Shown here: piece after piece, positions 37,041 to 52,297 of the stretch
How positions within the stretch are numbered: position 1 is the first letter of the stretch
How the letters are laid out: every line of letters starts with the position of its first letter
NCBI GenBank assembly: GCA_009103225.1
Contig: RHPI01002990.1
Location: forward strand, 171,034-235,033
Length of the DNA: 64,000 bases
Source: Chlorokybus atmophyticus
Taxonomy: Eukaryota; Plantae; Mesostigma and Chlorokybus algae
Reading direction: 5' to 3'
The notes under the pieces: model-generated
The model's database searches: none
Seen by the model: only the letters and a program-made list of their open reading frames with translations
Told to the model about the DNA's origin: nothing
Program-made: the position numbers and the translations under genes

Positions 37041-37658
37041 CGCCAGGTGAGTAGGACTTACGCTGAACTCATCTCTCGTGTTGTTATACATGCATGAGAC
37101 TATAGAGGTGTATTGGTATGATTGCTTCTGTCATGTGACACTCGCTTCGTTGTTTCTCCTTTGTTAAGTTTGAAACAGGAACTCACATCATGCTGCGTGA
37201 AGGCGTAAGGGGCATCTCACACAGGACCCTTTGTCACAGGTCCAGGGCGAGAAGCGTATATACCTGGTGCAAGATGAGGATGTCTGGGACGCCAGCTGAA
37301 CCAAACAACTCACAATCTTCACGACAAACACCTGTCATCTGCGCGCATCAGCTTCCGCCCTGGGAAGGCTATGAAATAATCAATGTGTAACAGTGCGACT
37401 GCAAGCCACACTCGCATATTTTGTTTGTACAAGTTGGATTAGGTCAGGACTCATTCGTTCCTGACTGAAGACTGTAAGCTAGCCATTGAATTCGTATTGA
37501 TAGGTCCATTTGTTTTCCTGCCATGGTGGTGATCTGATAGAGTGACATGGCTTCAGTTCCATGAATTTGCCAACCAATATGCAACAATTAATTACACAAA
37601 CTCATATGTCAACGCTAATGTATCTACTCAATGTAAGAAGTTCAGCTGTAGTTCAGAC

Positions 37659-39909
<2,251 letters not shown>

Positions 39910-40026
39910 TTACCCTGTGGATAATGCAGCGGCGGCGGCGGTGGTGACGGCGAGGAGGTGGAGGAGGCGGTGAAAAAGGAGGTGGTGGTGGTGGTGGTGG
40001 TGAATCTGTGAGTGGTTCGCTTCGAC

Positions 40027-40449
40027 ATGGCGTCGAAGCTTGACAAGTTGGAGAAGAGGGAGGAGGGAGGGCCGTCAGGCGACAAGGCGTACTTTGGAAA
40101 GCCGCCTGGGAAGCAGGGCAAGGGTCTGGCTGGGGAGAGCGACTACGCCAGGCCAGAGCAACTTACCGATCTGCGCCAGATATGTTCTTTTCAGAATAGG
40201 CGCAACACCTGGTACTACAGGGACAGGGCGAACAGGCCCAGGGGACCCTGCGAGCTTGGCGTGCTGCGTGCGGCCTGGATCAACGGCATCATCGACAGGG
40301 ACACCATTGTCTGGGGCATGGGACTGGAGGATTGGGCTCCCCTCAGAAACGTCTATCGGCTAGAGCAGGACATTCGCACCCCCGAGGTTGACACCCTCAC
40401 CACCCTCAAGCGCGTTGGGTGGTGGGTCGCCAGGAGAGGAAGGCAATGA
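40027..40449 (+). CDS. TIC56: TIC56-like GYF_2 (DUF4339) domain protein, single exon, 140 aa
   Basis: WYYRDRANRPRGPC...AAWINGIIDRDTIVWGMGLEDWAPLRNVYRLEQDIRTPEV parallels the plant Tic56 core (WYYxDRLGRxRGP...AWxxGIIDxxTxIWG...EWAPIxMVYxL). Confidence 0.75.
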   Translation: MASKLDKLEKREEGGPSGDKAYFGKPPGKQGKGLAGESDYARPEQLTDLRQICSFQNRRNTWYYRDRANRPRGPCELGVLRAAWINGIIDRDTIVWGMGLEDWAPLRNVYRLEQDIRTPEVDTLTTLKRVGWWVARRGRQ

Positions 40450-41516
40450 CAACACATAGGACGACAGCATAAGGTATAATTGAGTATTCTCAGTCCTGTA
40501 CAAATGGTAACCACGTACGCATGCAGACACTTGCATTTTCACACTCACATACGCACTCAGACACTTACACACGTACGCACTCGCACATGCACGCACACGC
40601 AGGGATACACACACGCAGGCACACACACGCGCGCGCATGCACTTGCACACACTTTGGAACACCCCCTCCCCGTTCTAGCGCTCTAGCGTCATCAACATGC
40701 AGTTACAAGTGCCCCTGCCCTTTCCACTGTGGTTGCACATTTTGACACACATGCACCCTGCCTCAGGCGAGTGTAGTGGGCGCCCTCAGCGTTGGATGCC
40801 CTTTGCGGTAAAGAAAAGTGGGACAGTGAACTGAGTTGTTTGTACGAGCGCAGCAGTCACGGGTGTAGTGCTTTATGAACATGTGAACGATGTCACAGCA
40901 CGTGTCACATGCACACTTATGCATACACTTACAGCATATGGTAAGCAAGCACGCAACTTACACGTGCACTACAACAAGCAATCCACCATGCACAGCACTG
41001 GACGAAGCCATTTTACACTGCATAGCAAGCCCAAGCATTGAACCCATGCAACCCATGCATGCTATCTACTCACTACCCCTACCCCTACCATTGCCACTAC
41101 CGTGTGCATTGCCCTTGCAGCGACTGTTTACAACAGTTGCAGTGAGATTAAGCCATACGTTGTAATATGCATGCATGTAATGCAAAATCTGGTTGTGGGA
41201 AGGATGATCACACCATCCTTGCACCGATGGCCTGCTTGCGACTCAGCAAGCTGGTGGTAGCTTTGCGCCATCACATTGTGGCCGCCGCAGCTGGTGCATT
41301 GGGCCCATGTGGACACTGTTAAGAGAGTGACTGACCCACAACCAGAAGCTTCTCAAATCAGTCATCAGTCATTGTACCCGAGCTATGTGCTATACACCAA
41401 TGGTACAGTGCAGCTCGCTTTACTTACAAGCTTACAGCTAGTTTAGGTAGTGTTTATAACTAATGCAATGGTGCGCGCCAGGATGAACTCCTTCTACCCC
41501 TACTGTCAGCACTATT

Positions 41517-43304
41517 CTAGTACAATTGTAAGAACTGAGGTTTTTCAATGTGCATTGCAGACAGTAGACTAGCTAAGTGCGCATTCAGCGGCGAGAAGAA
41601 CTGTCTCAACAGTTGCTGTGTCCTGTCGTCCATACTCCGCTCTGGTTCACACCATAGATGCTTGTCTACTGTGTTGCGCACCTCTGGTGGCAGAGTCTCA
41701 AGGTCAGGTGGCGCTGGCAGTTTTAAGAACTTCAAGATCTGCACAAAATGCCTGTTGGCATGCCAGCTGGATGGCAGACAAAGCTGGTGTAGGTAACATC
41801 AACTCAAGCACGAGGCTCATGCTTTGTTGGTTTGCTGCCAGGGCAGGCAGTGCCCAACAGCATGCTCAGGCGTAACCAAAGTAGCTGGACTTGGCGAATG
41901 TGCGGGCGTGTTCTAGTTTGTGTGAGGATGTCTATCTCTGCATATTTATTGCAAGCACGAAAGCATCAGCATACCTTGCCAATTGCTTTGGGATGGTCGT
42001 CTCGCAGTTCTTGATGGTCGATAATGTGAAAATGGGAAGCTGGGAAGGTCTTAAACCACTCACTTAGCTGCCAGGAGTACAAGCTGCCCTTGAAACCGCC
42101 TTGCATGCAGCGTTCGTATGCCTGTGTGCATGCGCATTATAATAAGAGTATTGCAGTCTGTGCCAAGTGCATTCGCATTGCCTCATACTCACCCTGGAAG
42201 GGGCATTTCCTGCAATGTTTTCCCTCATGCACCGGTACGCACTGGCAGTCTCCTTTTCAACCCACTGACTGAAAGGCACGTTGCATGAGATGTTGAAGTG
42301 GCGCCTGCAACAACATGTTGCTTGTTACCAGCACATTAGAATGTAATGTAGTAGTAGCGTGTCCATGGGTTGTCGGTTAGCATATCATGAGACTTTCGGT
42401 GCACACACACGCCACACACATAAACACAGCCAAGTGCACATACTCACCTTCCAATGTGATTGAACCATGACAGCGATCGATTGACCGGATCACGCAGAAT
42501 GGCTAACAGTTTGATGCGCGGCGCAAGCTCTTGCCCGTAAACATGGCGAAGTTGCCGCAGGGCCCGCAAGGACAACAAGTATGTAGGCGTTCCATCCATC
42601 ACGTACTTGATGACAGTCTGAACATGAATGCCATCATCACACACCACTGTAGTGCAATGCTCCAATGCATAATGACTGACACCAAACTGCTCACTTACGG
42701 AATTTGCCTGATGGCATGGAGGCATGCGCTCACTGTACGCGTCCAAGAGCTGCTTCCGTGTGTAACCCAAGACAGGCACGCTGCCGAAGAACTTTTGCTC
42801 CTTGGGTTCGCTCCAGACTGCTCCAGAAGACACATTGTGATTGACCAGGTGGGCCCACACTGTCGTTGAAGCTGCCTTCTGTGCGCCTATGAGAAACACG
42901 TTGGGGATTAACCTGCCCTTGTAGCACAACAAACTGTGCTCGGCGTCGACCACCTGCATGTCAACTTGCTCAGCATTGTGCAACGAGCGAGCATTCAGTG
43001 CAAGTCTAGCAAGAATGTTGGACGTCACCTCAAACTCAGTCGGCAGATCCGCAGCGGCAATGGTGCGTCGGGGGTGACGGAGACGCTCGGGCGGGTTGAG
43101 CTGCTTCCAAGCAGCATCAACAGCAGCTTTCCACGACGCCGCATTCCAGTCCGCGCCGCTGGGGACTCCAGCGTCAGCGGCGGCGGCGGGCCTAGCGTGA
43201 AGGAAGAGCACGAGCAGCAAGCAACCAAACCTCAACAACCCCACACGCCAATGACATGCCATTCGCTCCTTCGCAACCCCCACTGCCTCCTTGGCCGCCG
43301 CCAT
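41517..43304 (-). CDS. PAPS-dependent sulfotransferase (Sulfotransfer_1, heparan-sulfate 3-O-ST-like fold) with N-terminal signal/anchor; multi-exon
   Basis: PNVFLIGAQKAASTT (5'-PSB loop), KEQKFF, MDGTPTYL, KLLAILRDPVNRSLSWFNH (3'-PB), GSLYSWQLSEWFKTFP, LLRQFFSPLNAHLASLL; hydrophobic LLRFGCLLLVLFLHA. Confidence 0.88.
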
Positions 43305-43560
43305 GCCCGCCGCCGCTCATGCGGTCCATGCAGCAGCGCACATGCTGGCGCATTGCTGCGCAACCCACACGTTGACTGGCAGGCAGCCCCAGCAGTGGCA
43401 GCGCGTGCTCGCATGGCAGAAAAAGGCAAAGACATAGTAAGCCGACACGGCGTCACACTGCGACCCCCTCCAGCGTCACTTGCTAACTCGACGTGACGCT
43501 GGCACACAGAGAGAGATCCGGATAAGCACATGCTGCTATAGGCTGGTGAGCTGGGCGACC

Positions 43561-46424
43561 ATGGCGGCGGCGGCGGGGACGGCGGCGGCGGCGGTGGGGG
43601 CTCTGAGGGGTGCGTTCCATGGAGCGGCCGTGGCGCCGTCCGCTCGCCAGCAGCGGGTCAGCAGCGCCGGCGTCGTGGCTGTGCCAGCTGCGCCTACCCC
43701 GTCCTCCCGCAAGGGCCAGGCGGGTGTAGTTGTCGCCCAGGCCAGCAAGAAGACGGGCGGGACCCAGTCTGGCACTAAGAGCGGCTTGCTTGGTACAATT
43801 AGCAACCTGCCTTTTGGCACAGTTGGCCTGCCGTTCGGCACCCTCAGCAGGGTCGGGGGTGGCCGCCGCCGCAATGACTCCAATACCATCTTCGTCGCTG
43901 GCGCTACCGGACGCCTGGGCGCCCGCATCGTCAGGTACGCGGTGCATACATGTCATGCAAGTATTTTCCGGCATTGTGTGCTTAGCGGGGTTCCTCATTA
44001 TGGCACTCTTCTTTCCAGAGAGCTTTTGCAGCGCGGCTTCAATGTGCGAGCTGGAGTCAGGAACCCAGAGAAAGCGCAGGCACTGCTGCAGGTGCGCTTA
44101 GCGGCTCTCACTGGATCGCCGCGCAGGCATCGTGTGCATGCTTGGAGCCGAGTCAAGGTACACCACTCACATTGCCTGTCTGTGTGTTGCCCAGGCTGCC
44201 CAAGGGCTGGATCTTCTTGACGGTGCAGGGGGACGCAGGCTGCAGCTTGTCGAGGTGACACAATAGCTGCATGTGCGCTAGCAGAAAATACCTTTACTAT
44301 GACTTTAACCTGCTACCAATCTTTGCAAGGAGCACTGTCTTAGCTTGCAGAGATGTTTAGCGCTGATGAATATCAGTCACTGCTTCAGCTCAGTATCAAC
44401 AATGTCAACTCCTGAAGCCGAATACTTAGTTCACAGCATGTGCGGGTGTTGTGGCTAGCTCATTTCGTATGCTTGTATGCTTGTATACAATTTCCATCAA
44501 TAGTTTGAACCCAGTATACGCATGTCTCACACTCACAACCCGTACCACAGGTTGACCTTGAGCAGCCAGATACCATCCCAGCCGCACTGGCTGGCGCAGG
44601 CCGTGTGGTGTGTGCTATAGGTGCAAGTGAGAGTTCGCTGCTTGACTGGTCTGGGCCATACCGCATTGATGGCAAGGCAACTGAAGACCTGGTAGAAGCT
44701 GCGCACGCGTCTGGAGTTCAGCAATTTGTGCTGGTGACAAGCCTTGGCACAACCAAGTTTGGCCTTCCTGCTTCCGCTCTCAAGTAAGTTTGTTCAGTTG
44801 CAGTTGTACAGTATTCACAATGTCAGTGCACTTGTTTCATGTAAGCCAATGCTGCAGCTTGTTCTGGGGCGTGCTCAAGTGGAAGGGACAGGCTGAAAAG
44901 GCCCTTCAGGAGAGCGGCATGGCATACACGGTCAGATAACACTCATCGTGATTTCCCATCACATGTTACACACATGCATTCTACTTTGACTTGCACTAAT
45001 GTCTTGCCGTATTCACTGTAGATTGTGCGCCCTGGAGGCATGGAGAGGCCGGCTGATGACTACAAGCTGACACACAATCTGCGCTTGGAAGGCAAAGATA
45101 CTCTGTTTGGCGGGCTGGTGTCGCGATTGCAAGTTGCTGAAGTCGTTGGTGAGTGCCTGACACGCCCAGAGGCAGCTGAGAACAAGGTCTTGGAAGTCGT
45201 TGCAGAGACCAATGCTCCACCGAGGACAATCCTGGATCTGTTGGTGGATATTCCAACAGCTGGGCCATCACAGGTTTGGCCAACCAACAAGCGTGTTTAG
45301 GTGGCATTGCTCCTTCCAGCCTTGCATGGAATTATTTGCTTGGTCTACAACTGCGCTTGCTGTGTAGGCGGAGCGCGCTGTGGAGGCAGACATTGCGCTT
45401 GTTCGTGAGGCAGAGCTTGAGGCGGAGGCTGATGAGGTACAGATGAGAAGCTCATGTCATGATGTGAATCACACCCCCTGTTTACCGCTTTGTTTGTGCG
45501 TCGACGACGCCTCCAGGCATTTTGCAACATCATTGCAATGCACACTTCGTTTAGTGTGTTATCATCACTTCCAATTTTCACAGGATGATGAAGACAGTGC
45601 TCCCAAGAAGAGGTCCACCGTGGTCCTGAATCTGTTCAAGAAGAAGAGTGCTGAAGAGGAAGAAGAAGAACCTGAAGTCAAGAAGCCCAAGCGCCCGGCT
45701 CCAAAGCGCAAGGTAGCGCTGTGCAACTGCATCAAACTCCCATGAGCACAACACAGTGAATGACAAACTTTGCCGCTGCTTTACTAGCCTGTGCCAGCCA
45801 AAGAGGACGAAGCTGCGCGCGCTGAGATGGAAGCTTTGAGAGCGGCTGTGCAGGTATATAGGGTGTCAGTACTACAGGTCCCGGCTGCAGGTGTATCACA
45901 CTGTGACTGAGTGCCTTGGTGTTTGTTATGTGCAGGCTGATGAGTCAGCACGCCTGTTCGCGTTGAGTCAGGATGCACTTCAGGAGGCAGAAGCTGAGGT
46001 GGGTCGTCAGCAGTTTAGTACTCGGTTAAGGACTTACATGACACAAATAGCGACCAGACATGTGCATTGAGCAGCCAATCCTGCATGTCATGCATTTACT
46101 TCTTCGCACCCTTGCAGGCTGACAGGCTCGCAGCCCAGGCTGAGGCTGCCAAGGCTGCTCTAGAGCAGGTTAGAATCAAGGCTGAGCGCGTATTCCAGCA
46201 AGCAGCGGAGGATGTTGAGGAAAGGTATGTAGGTCTTGTGACTGCAGTGCAATTGAACTGCTCGCACTGCCCATGCACCTGTGTGTTTCATTGCAGCTTG
46301 CTGACTGATTGTGTTCAATCTGTCACAGTGATGAAGCAAAGCAACTAGCAGGCGCTTCCAAGTAAAGTGCCCCAACCCGCCAGAATATACTCAGTTCGCA
46401 GCATTGTTCATAAGCCAGTTTTGA
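43561..46424 (+). CDS. TIC62: TIC62-family NAD(P)-binding Rossmann protein, chloroplastic, with acidic/Ala-rich coiled-coil tail; multi-exon, last exon approximate
   Basis: IFVAGATGRLGARIVRELLQRGFNVRAGVR, VCAIGASE...GPYRID..AT..LVEAA, FVLVTSLGTTKFGLPA.ALNLFWGVLKWK..AE, IVRPGGMERP.DDYKLTHN, DTLFGGLVSRLQVAE, KVLEVVAETNAP. Confidence 0.88.
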
Positions 46425-46785
46425 CATGGTATTGAATTATTAGACTGATATACCACCAACATACTCACAACATCATGTACGGCACCATAATTGCAGCGCT
46501 TGCAAGTCGTGACGTGATGATGGTTGTGGCGAGATAGCGCAAAAGCAAATCGTCCAGCCATCCATAGCATAACCATCCGGGTGAATGTGACAACACCGCA
46601 GAACGTTTGTTTACAACCCAGGCAGGCCTAGTCCCTAGTTCATAGCCATCATTGGCAATCTGTGCTTGGATAGGTCAACTAACACTGTTGCAACTCTCTG
46701 GTGGTACACCCTTCGCCTACTTTGAATGACGTGTTGCAGCAACTGCAGATAGTAGTCATAACTTCAGTGACAATGCTCGCTGCCA

Positions 46786-49117
46786 TCACACAGCCTGTAC
46801 AAAATTGCTTGGGAGCAGCCCGAGTGCACCCTCAATCTGTCGGCGGGAATGCTTCATAGTCTCGTTCTCTCCAAGCCACCAACCTGCATCCACACCCCCA
46901 CATTTACACTCACAAGCTTTCTTCACGCGCAAATGCACAACACACGTGGCACCCGCTCACTCACCAGACTCATGCTTCTCAAGTATGGCGATGATGTCAC
47001 CCGTCTGGAACGACATCTCCGAGTCGTCCGCGCGCGTGTACTCGCACAACGCCCGGCACCTTTCTATGACGGGACGGCCTGCTGCGAGTGCCGCCACCTG
47101 CGCTGCTTTGGATGGCTCGTTGTTGTTGGTCATGTCCTGAGCACCAAACGGGTTGAACGGGTCCACGGGGGAGGTGGTGGTGCTGTTGTTAAAGGCGGGA
47201 GCATCACCGAAGGGCGTGCTGGTGGTGGGAGTCTGTTGTTGTATGGGGGGTGAGACGTATGTTGGGGAGGGGATTGTCGTGGAAGAGAAGTTTTGAGGGA
47301 CTGGTGGGTATGTGGCTCCTCCTCCTCCTCCTCCTCCTCCACCCGCAATGGACGGCGAGGGCGCGCCACTGCTGCTGTTGTGGCTGTTCTGGCTGTAGTC
47401 ATTCGAGTTGTTGTTGTTGTACGCAAAGTCGGCGATGGCGAGTGTCTGGTGTCCCGTGTCTCCAAGTGTTGGTCCGACAAGCTGTAGTGCATTGTGTGCA
47501 TGCTCAAACAAGTCCCGCGTAGTAGCAATAATCACAGCGAGCTCCGCCCGCACGAGGTCGGGCTTGTTCTGATGGAGGCTTGACATGGAGGCAAGGAGGG
47601 CCTGATTCACCTCCTCGTATGCTTCCTGTGAGACTTGCAGCTTGCGCATGTTGCGTGAGAGAGTCTCCGCGTCGTCGGGTTTGGTCTCTTGCAAGTTCTT
47701 CACCTTGCGCTTGTAAGCATCGTACTCGAGAAGCTTCGCCTTGCGCTCCTCCACACGAGCCTTGAGAGCGTTCAACTCAGAGATTTTACGCTGCAACGGT
47801 GACAAACCCTCCGCTACAAACTTCGCCTCCTGTTCATCCCAGAATGCAGTTTATGCATGCAGACACAAGCGTATGGGCACCCACACGGGTGTATGTGTGT
47901 GTATTCGCATATGCCTACACACATGCACGCTCACATGCACGCACGCACGCAAACGTACACGCGTGCACGAATGGCGCGCACCCACCCACCCACCCACATA
48001 CACACATGCAGAGGACACACACACATACATACATACATGATCATCAACAGTCTGCATACACACGTACGATCTGCTTGAAGAACCCTTCATTATCCACTAG
48101 CGCCTCCCTGAACCTCGTGGCCGCGGCTGCCGCCGGGTCGTTCGCGTGCGTGGGTCCGTAGAACAGTTCCATGGCGCGCGAGGCGGCGGCGCCCGCGACG
48201 GCCATGGAACGCAACGCGTCCAGCATACGCTTGCACTCGCCGTGAGCGGACTCGAGGGCACCAACGGTCGACCTCCAGGAAGCGTACAGGACCTGGTGGA
48301 TGGGCATGATACACGCACGTTGGATGGAATGTGGTGTAGTTGTGAAGTGCATTGTGAGCTGTTGGCTGTGCGTGCATGCAATGCCACGATAGATGGGTGG
48401 TTTTCTTGCTTACAGTGCAGTTGCTGAGTTTGCGTAACTTGTGGTGCTCGTGGCTGTGCGCATATCCCGCAAGCTTGTGTACGCGCACACGTGCGGTTGT
48501 GTCTGCTTGTGCACACATGCAAGTGCATGCACGATTGTGTTTTCGTTGCATATCGTTCGTTCTCAATTATGAAATATGTGCAGACTGTGATTTTGTTGCA
48601 ATTCGTGCGAGATGACTTTGTTGGTGTGCACTTGCATACTCTCTGATAAACCAACTCTTTCAAGTTCTCATGGCATGCATTGAGCAACAACACGAACACC
48701 AATGACACACAAGCGCGTCATTTGATGCCTAGTCACGCAGAGCTAGTAGGGTTGTACAACGAACTGCATCAAAAATGTCATCATTGTCAATACTCAACTA
48801 CAAGGCTTGCTGGCGTTCTTGATCCCCATCATAATCCATGATGCATACATAGCAATGTTATTGGTGATCAAAATAAAAGCGGCTTTCACTAGGGTTGTGT
48901 GTGAGACACATGGGCGCGAACACACCCCTTTTTCCAATGCGTGTAGAGGCACATTCCATCCCAGGATGAATGATGATCGTTGTTGTAATATTGACACATA
49001 CACAAACTACACACCCACACCCACCTCGAAGTCGTCATCGGATGTTGACTGCGCCTTCCCCACCGCCTGCAGCGTCTTCTGCAACGTCCGCCGCTTGAAC
49101 CCCCGCAGCGTGTCCAT
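46786..49117 (-). CDS. N-BAR + SH3 domain protein (amphiphysin/BIN/Rvs167-like); 4 exons
   Basis: RRTLQKTLQAVGKAQSTSDDDFE; RKAKLLEYDAYKRKV...KLQVSQEAYEEVNQALL; Pro/Ser linker; SH3 RALCEYTRADDSEMSFQTGDIIAILEKHESG|WWLGE...GLLPSNFVQAV*. Confidence 0.88.
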
Positions 49118-49369
49118 CGCCCCCCACACCTCCTCCTCCTCCTCCTCCTCCTGCCTCCCCACCCACACAACGATGACAACACAACGACACTACCCCAACC
49201 AACCAACTCACACCAATGGGGCCAATGATACGGGGCCAGGCAGCGCCTTTTTTCTCCAACTGCCAGCTGGCAGCAGATGCCTACAGATGCAAAAAAACCC
49301 AACCCCCCCATTTAAATAATTTTTTCCTCCCATGTTCTCTCCATTGTTTTCGCCGCGTGCACACTGATC

Positions 49370-49395
49370 GTACCGTACCAGAACCGTACCGGTAC
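49370..49395. promoter_or_regulatory. Cluster of four GTAC cores in a divergent promoter (candidate SBP/SPL-type sites)
   Basis: cGTACcGTACcagaaccGTACcgGTACc; cores at 49370, 49375, 49386, 49392. Confidence 0.35.
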
Positions 49396-49512
49396 CTGCT
49401 GGCGGCACAACAGTTGTGGCTGCTGCTGCTCACGTGACGGAGGAAGAGGAGGAGGAGGACGGCAAGGAGGAGGAGGAGGAGGAGGAGGAGAAGGGAAGGG
49501 CGGTGGTATTTG

Positions 49513-51693
49513 ATGGAGATGGAGAGGAGGGATGATGATGCACTGACAGGTGAGAGGCTGCGGTGTGTTAGGCCTCTCCCCTCTCTCTCATGCTAGAGAG
49601 CCAGCAGAGCCATCAACACTTCGATGCTTGCCTGTCATATCCGCCCCTGCTTGTCCGTACGACATGGACACACACTTGATCAATCAGATACTGAGTCAGT
49701 GACTGTACTATCAGTCGAGTCGGTGTTCATTACTTAACGGTTGTGTTGGCAGAGGTGTGGGAGGAGGAGGAGACGGAGGAGGAGGAGGAGGAGCACACTA
49801 CTCGCGTATATGCAGAGCGCTTGCGGGCCTCCTACGACGCTCTGCCAGACCAGGTATGTGTCAGTGCACTGCGTGCTGTGACATTGCACCACGTTCATGC
49901 AAGGCACACGCACGCACACACACACACACACACACACGGTGGTGGTGAGGCATATGCTATGCTCCGTTGCAGTGCGTGCTTCTAACTCACTTGTCACACA
50001 CAACAGGAGGTGACGGAGGCGATGGTGGTGGACAGATGCCTCCCCGCAGACTTCCTGGACGCTGCCGCCGACGACGACATGTGCGCACTCATGTGACTAC
50101 TACTATTGACGACGATGTCTACTAACCTCACCCAAGCAACATGCACACGTACTAATAATTGCACAACACAGTGCGAGTGCGTTGAGTGTGGTGACGCACG
50201 TGCGGCTGGATCGGGAGCGCATCGCCGCCGTTGGCCCCGCACTGCTCTCGACCGCTCCCGCCACCACACACCTATACCTCCAGCACGTACGTGTGTACAT
50301 ACCACCCAACATCAACACGTGCGTGCGTGCGTGTATATGTGCACATGTGCTCGTGTGTGCCTGTGTGTGCGCACGCGTGCATGTGCGTGTGCGTGTGCGT
50401 GTGTGTGGCTGCGCATACACAACACTCCACACTCACGCGCATTTACACGACTTCAGAACCGCATTCACGACGGCTCCCAGTTGGTTCTGCCACGGGCGCT
50501 GCGCTTCCTCTCTCTAGCCCACAACCGCTTAACTGCCGTGCCGACAGCACTTGCCCACTCCTCACACTCTTTACCCAGCCTGATGCTGTTGGACTTGAGT
50601 CACAACAGCATCAAGCGCATCACACCCGGTACGAAAGAAAAGAAGGCACGAGTTGGTGGGATGAGACGTGTGTGATGTTGTCTCTCATGATATATGTGAT
50701 TAGGTGAGGTGCCGCAGTCGGTGAGGTTTCTGATGGTTGCGGGCAATCCGTCCGCGCGCGAGATGAAGCAAGAGGACAAGGATCGGCTCGTTGTTGGGTT
50801 GAGGGTGCTGAGACAACTTGACGAGGAGACCATAGCACACGCCATGCGCAAACAAGCCAGGTGTGGGTTGGGGATATACAAACGTGCACGAACGCACTTA
50901 CACGCACACACATCCAGGCACGTGCGCACCCGCAAAGACACGCACGCGTACAGGGAGTGACACACGCACACTTTCACGCGTGCAAGTACAACCTGCTGCT
51001 CATGCCACAAGCACATCACCAAAATTCGTCATTGCAACTTCAGGCAGCGATTGCGGGCAAGCAATGAAGCCAACATTGTGGGACAGACTGACAGTGACGA
51101 TGGTAGTGATAGTGAAGGTGGTAGTGAGGATAGCGACAGCGTGAGTGGGAGCGAAGGGGGATCACCACATCCAAACGAGAGCGCGCGTTCTCGCACCGTG
51201 CAGAGGTCGACATCGTTGTCGAAATCGGTGGAGAGCATATTTGAGGCCAGCGAAGAAGACGTGGCGGAGGCGAGGTATCAGCTGGCCAAAGCGCGGGACG
51301 ACATGATCACAAACATAAAGATACGCTCCCAAGAGGTACGCAATGTTGCTGTGTTGCAGAGCGTCTTATCATGCACTCTGATGTGTGTGTACACGTGCGT
51401 GCATGCGTGCGCGTGTGCGCCTGCACACAAACCCGTGTGTGTGCGCGTGTGTGCGTGTATACTTCATGACATACTCGCACTACCCACAGAGGGAGCAAAT
51501 GCAATCAAGGATCCAGCTCAACACCACTTCCAATCTGCGGCGGTCTTGTCCAGCAGCAATAACAAAATTCGCTCCCGCCATGACGATGATGATGCCCCCG
51601 CACAACCGCGATCTCGCCTGCGGGCCCACACGCCTGGAGCCCCTGAGGCTCAGCACGGGGTCGCTCAGCCTCAGCAAACCCGCAGTGGGATGA
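49513..51693 (+). CDS. LRRC46: Leucine-rich repeat protein, LRRC46-like; multi-exon
   Basis: THVRLDRERI, THLYLQHNRI, LRFLSLAHNRL, LMLLDLSHNSIK, EVPQSVRFLMVAGNP, LRQLDEETI, colinear with animal LRRC46 (VRLDRE...LYLQGNKI...LRFLSLAGN...LDLSEN...EFPQSL..L.GN); phase-consistent exons. Confidence 0.78.
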
Positions 51694-52297
51694 TGTGTAC
51701 ACTGATTGTACATTGCTTGATACGAATTGTATAAGAGAAGGAATGGGGAATGCGTGCATGCAAGGTCACACACGCCTTGTTCACATGCAAGCTAACAGCA
51801 GCACAACAACTCACCATCGCGACCACCGGTCTCAACCACGCACCTGCTATCTACCACGCCTACCTCTACCTCTACCACTACTGCCCCCCTGTTAGTCATG
51901 CAGGCATGCACGGCAAGCTCAGGCACCTGCGCATGCGCGTCTTTTGACAGGACATGTCTTGTCACAACCCAGGCCTGAGTGTAAGTTTGTTGCACAGTTT
52001 GTGGGTGTGTGACTTGCACTTGTGGCGACATATACAACTGTGCAGCAAACATACTGACATTCTTCATTGCACTTGCACTCCATACTATCAACCTGTGGGC
52101 TAAATGGGCTAAATGCCTGTATAACCTAGCATCAATCACCCCTACTTCAGCCAACAAAACCATAAGAGCGCTATCTATGCACACAACACAAAACAACTAC
52201 GTGTCGCTATCTCGTTTGTATGGAAGTGAAGTAGTTCCCTTGTTGCTCGCATTGACACAACAGCAGCGCCATCCGTTTTGGTCTATCATCGTCACCA

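Noticed and set aside
37190-37390. Short ORF and minus-strand AGVPDILIL (nuclease-like motif)
   Set aside because: Lies between convergent 3' ends, is interrupted by stops, and lacks further PD-(D/E)xK residues
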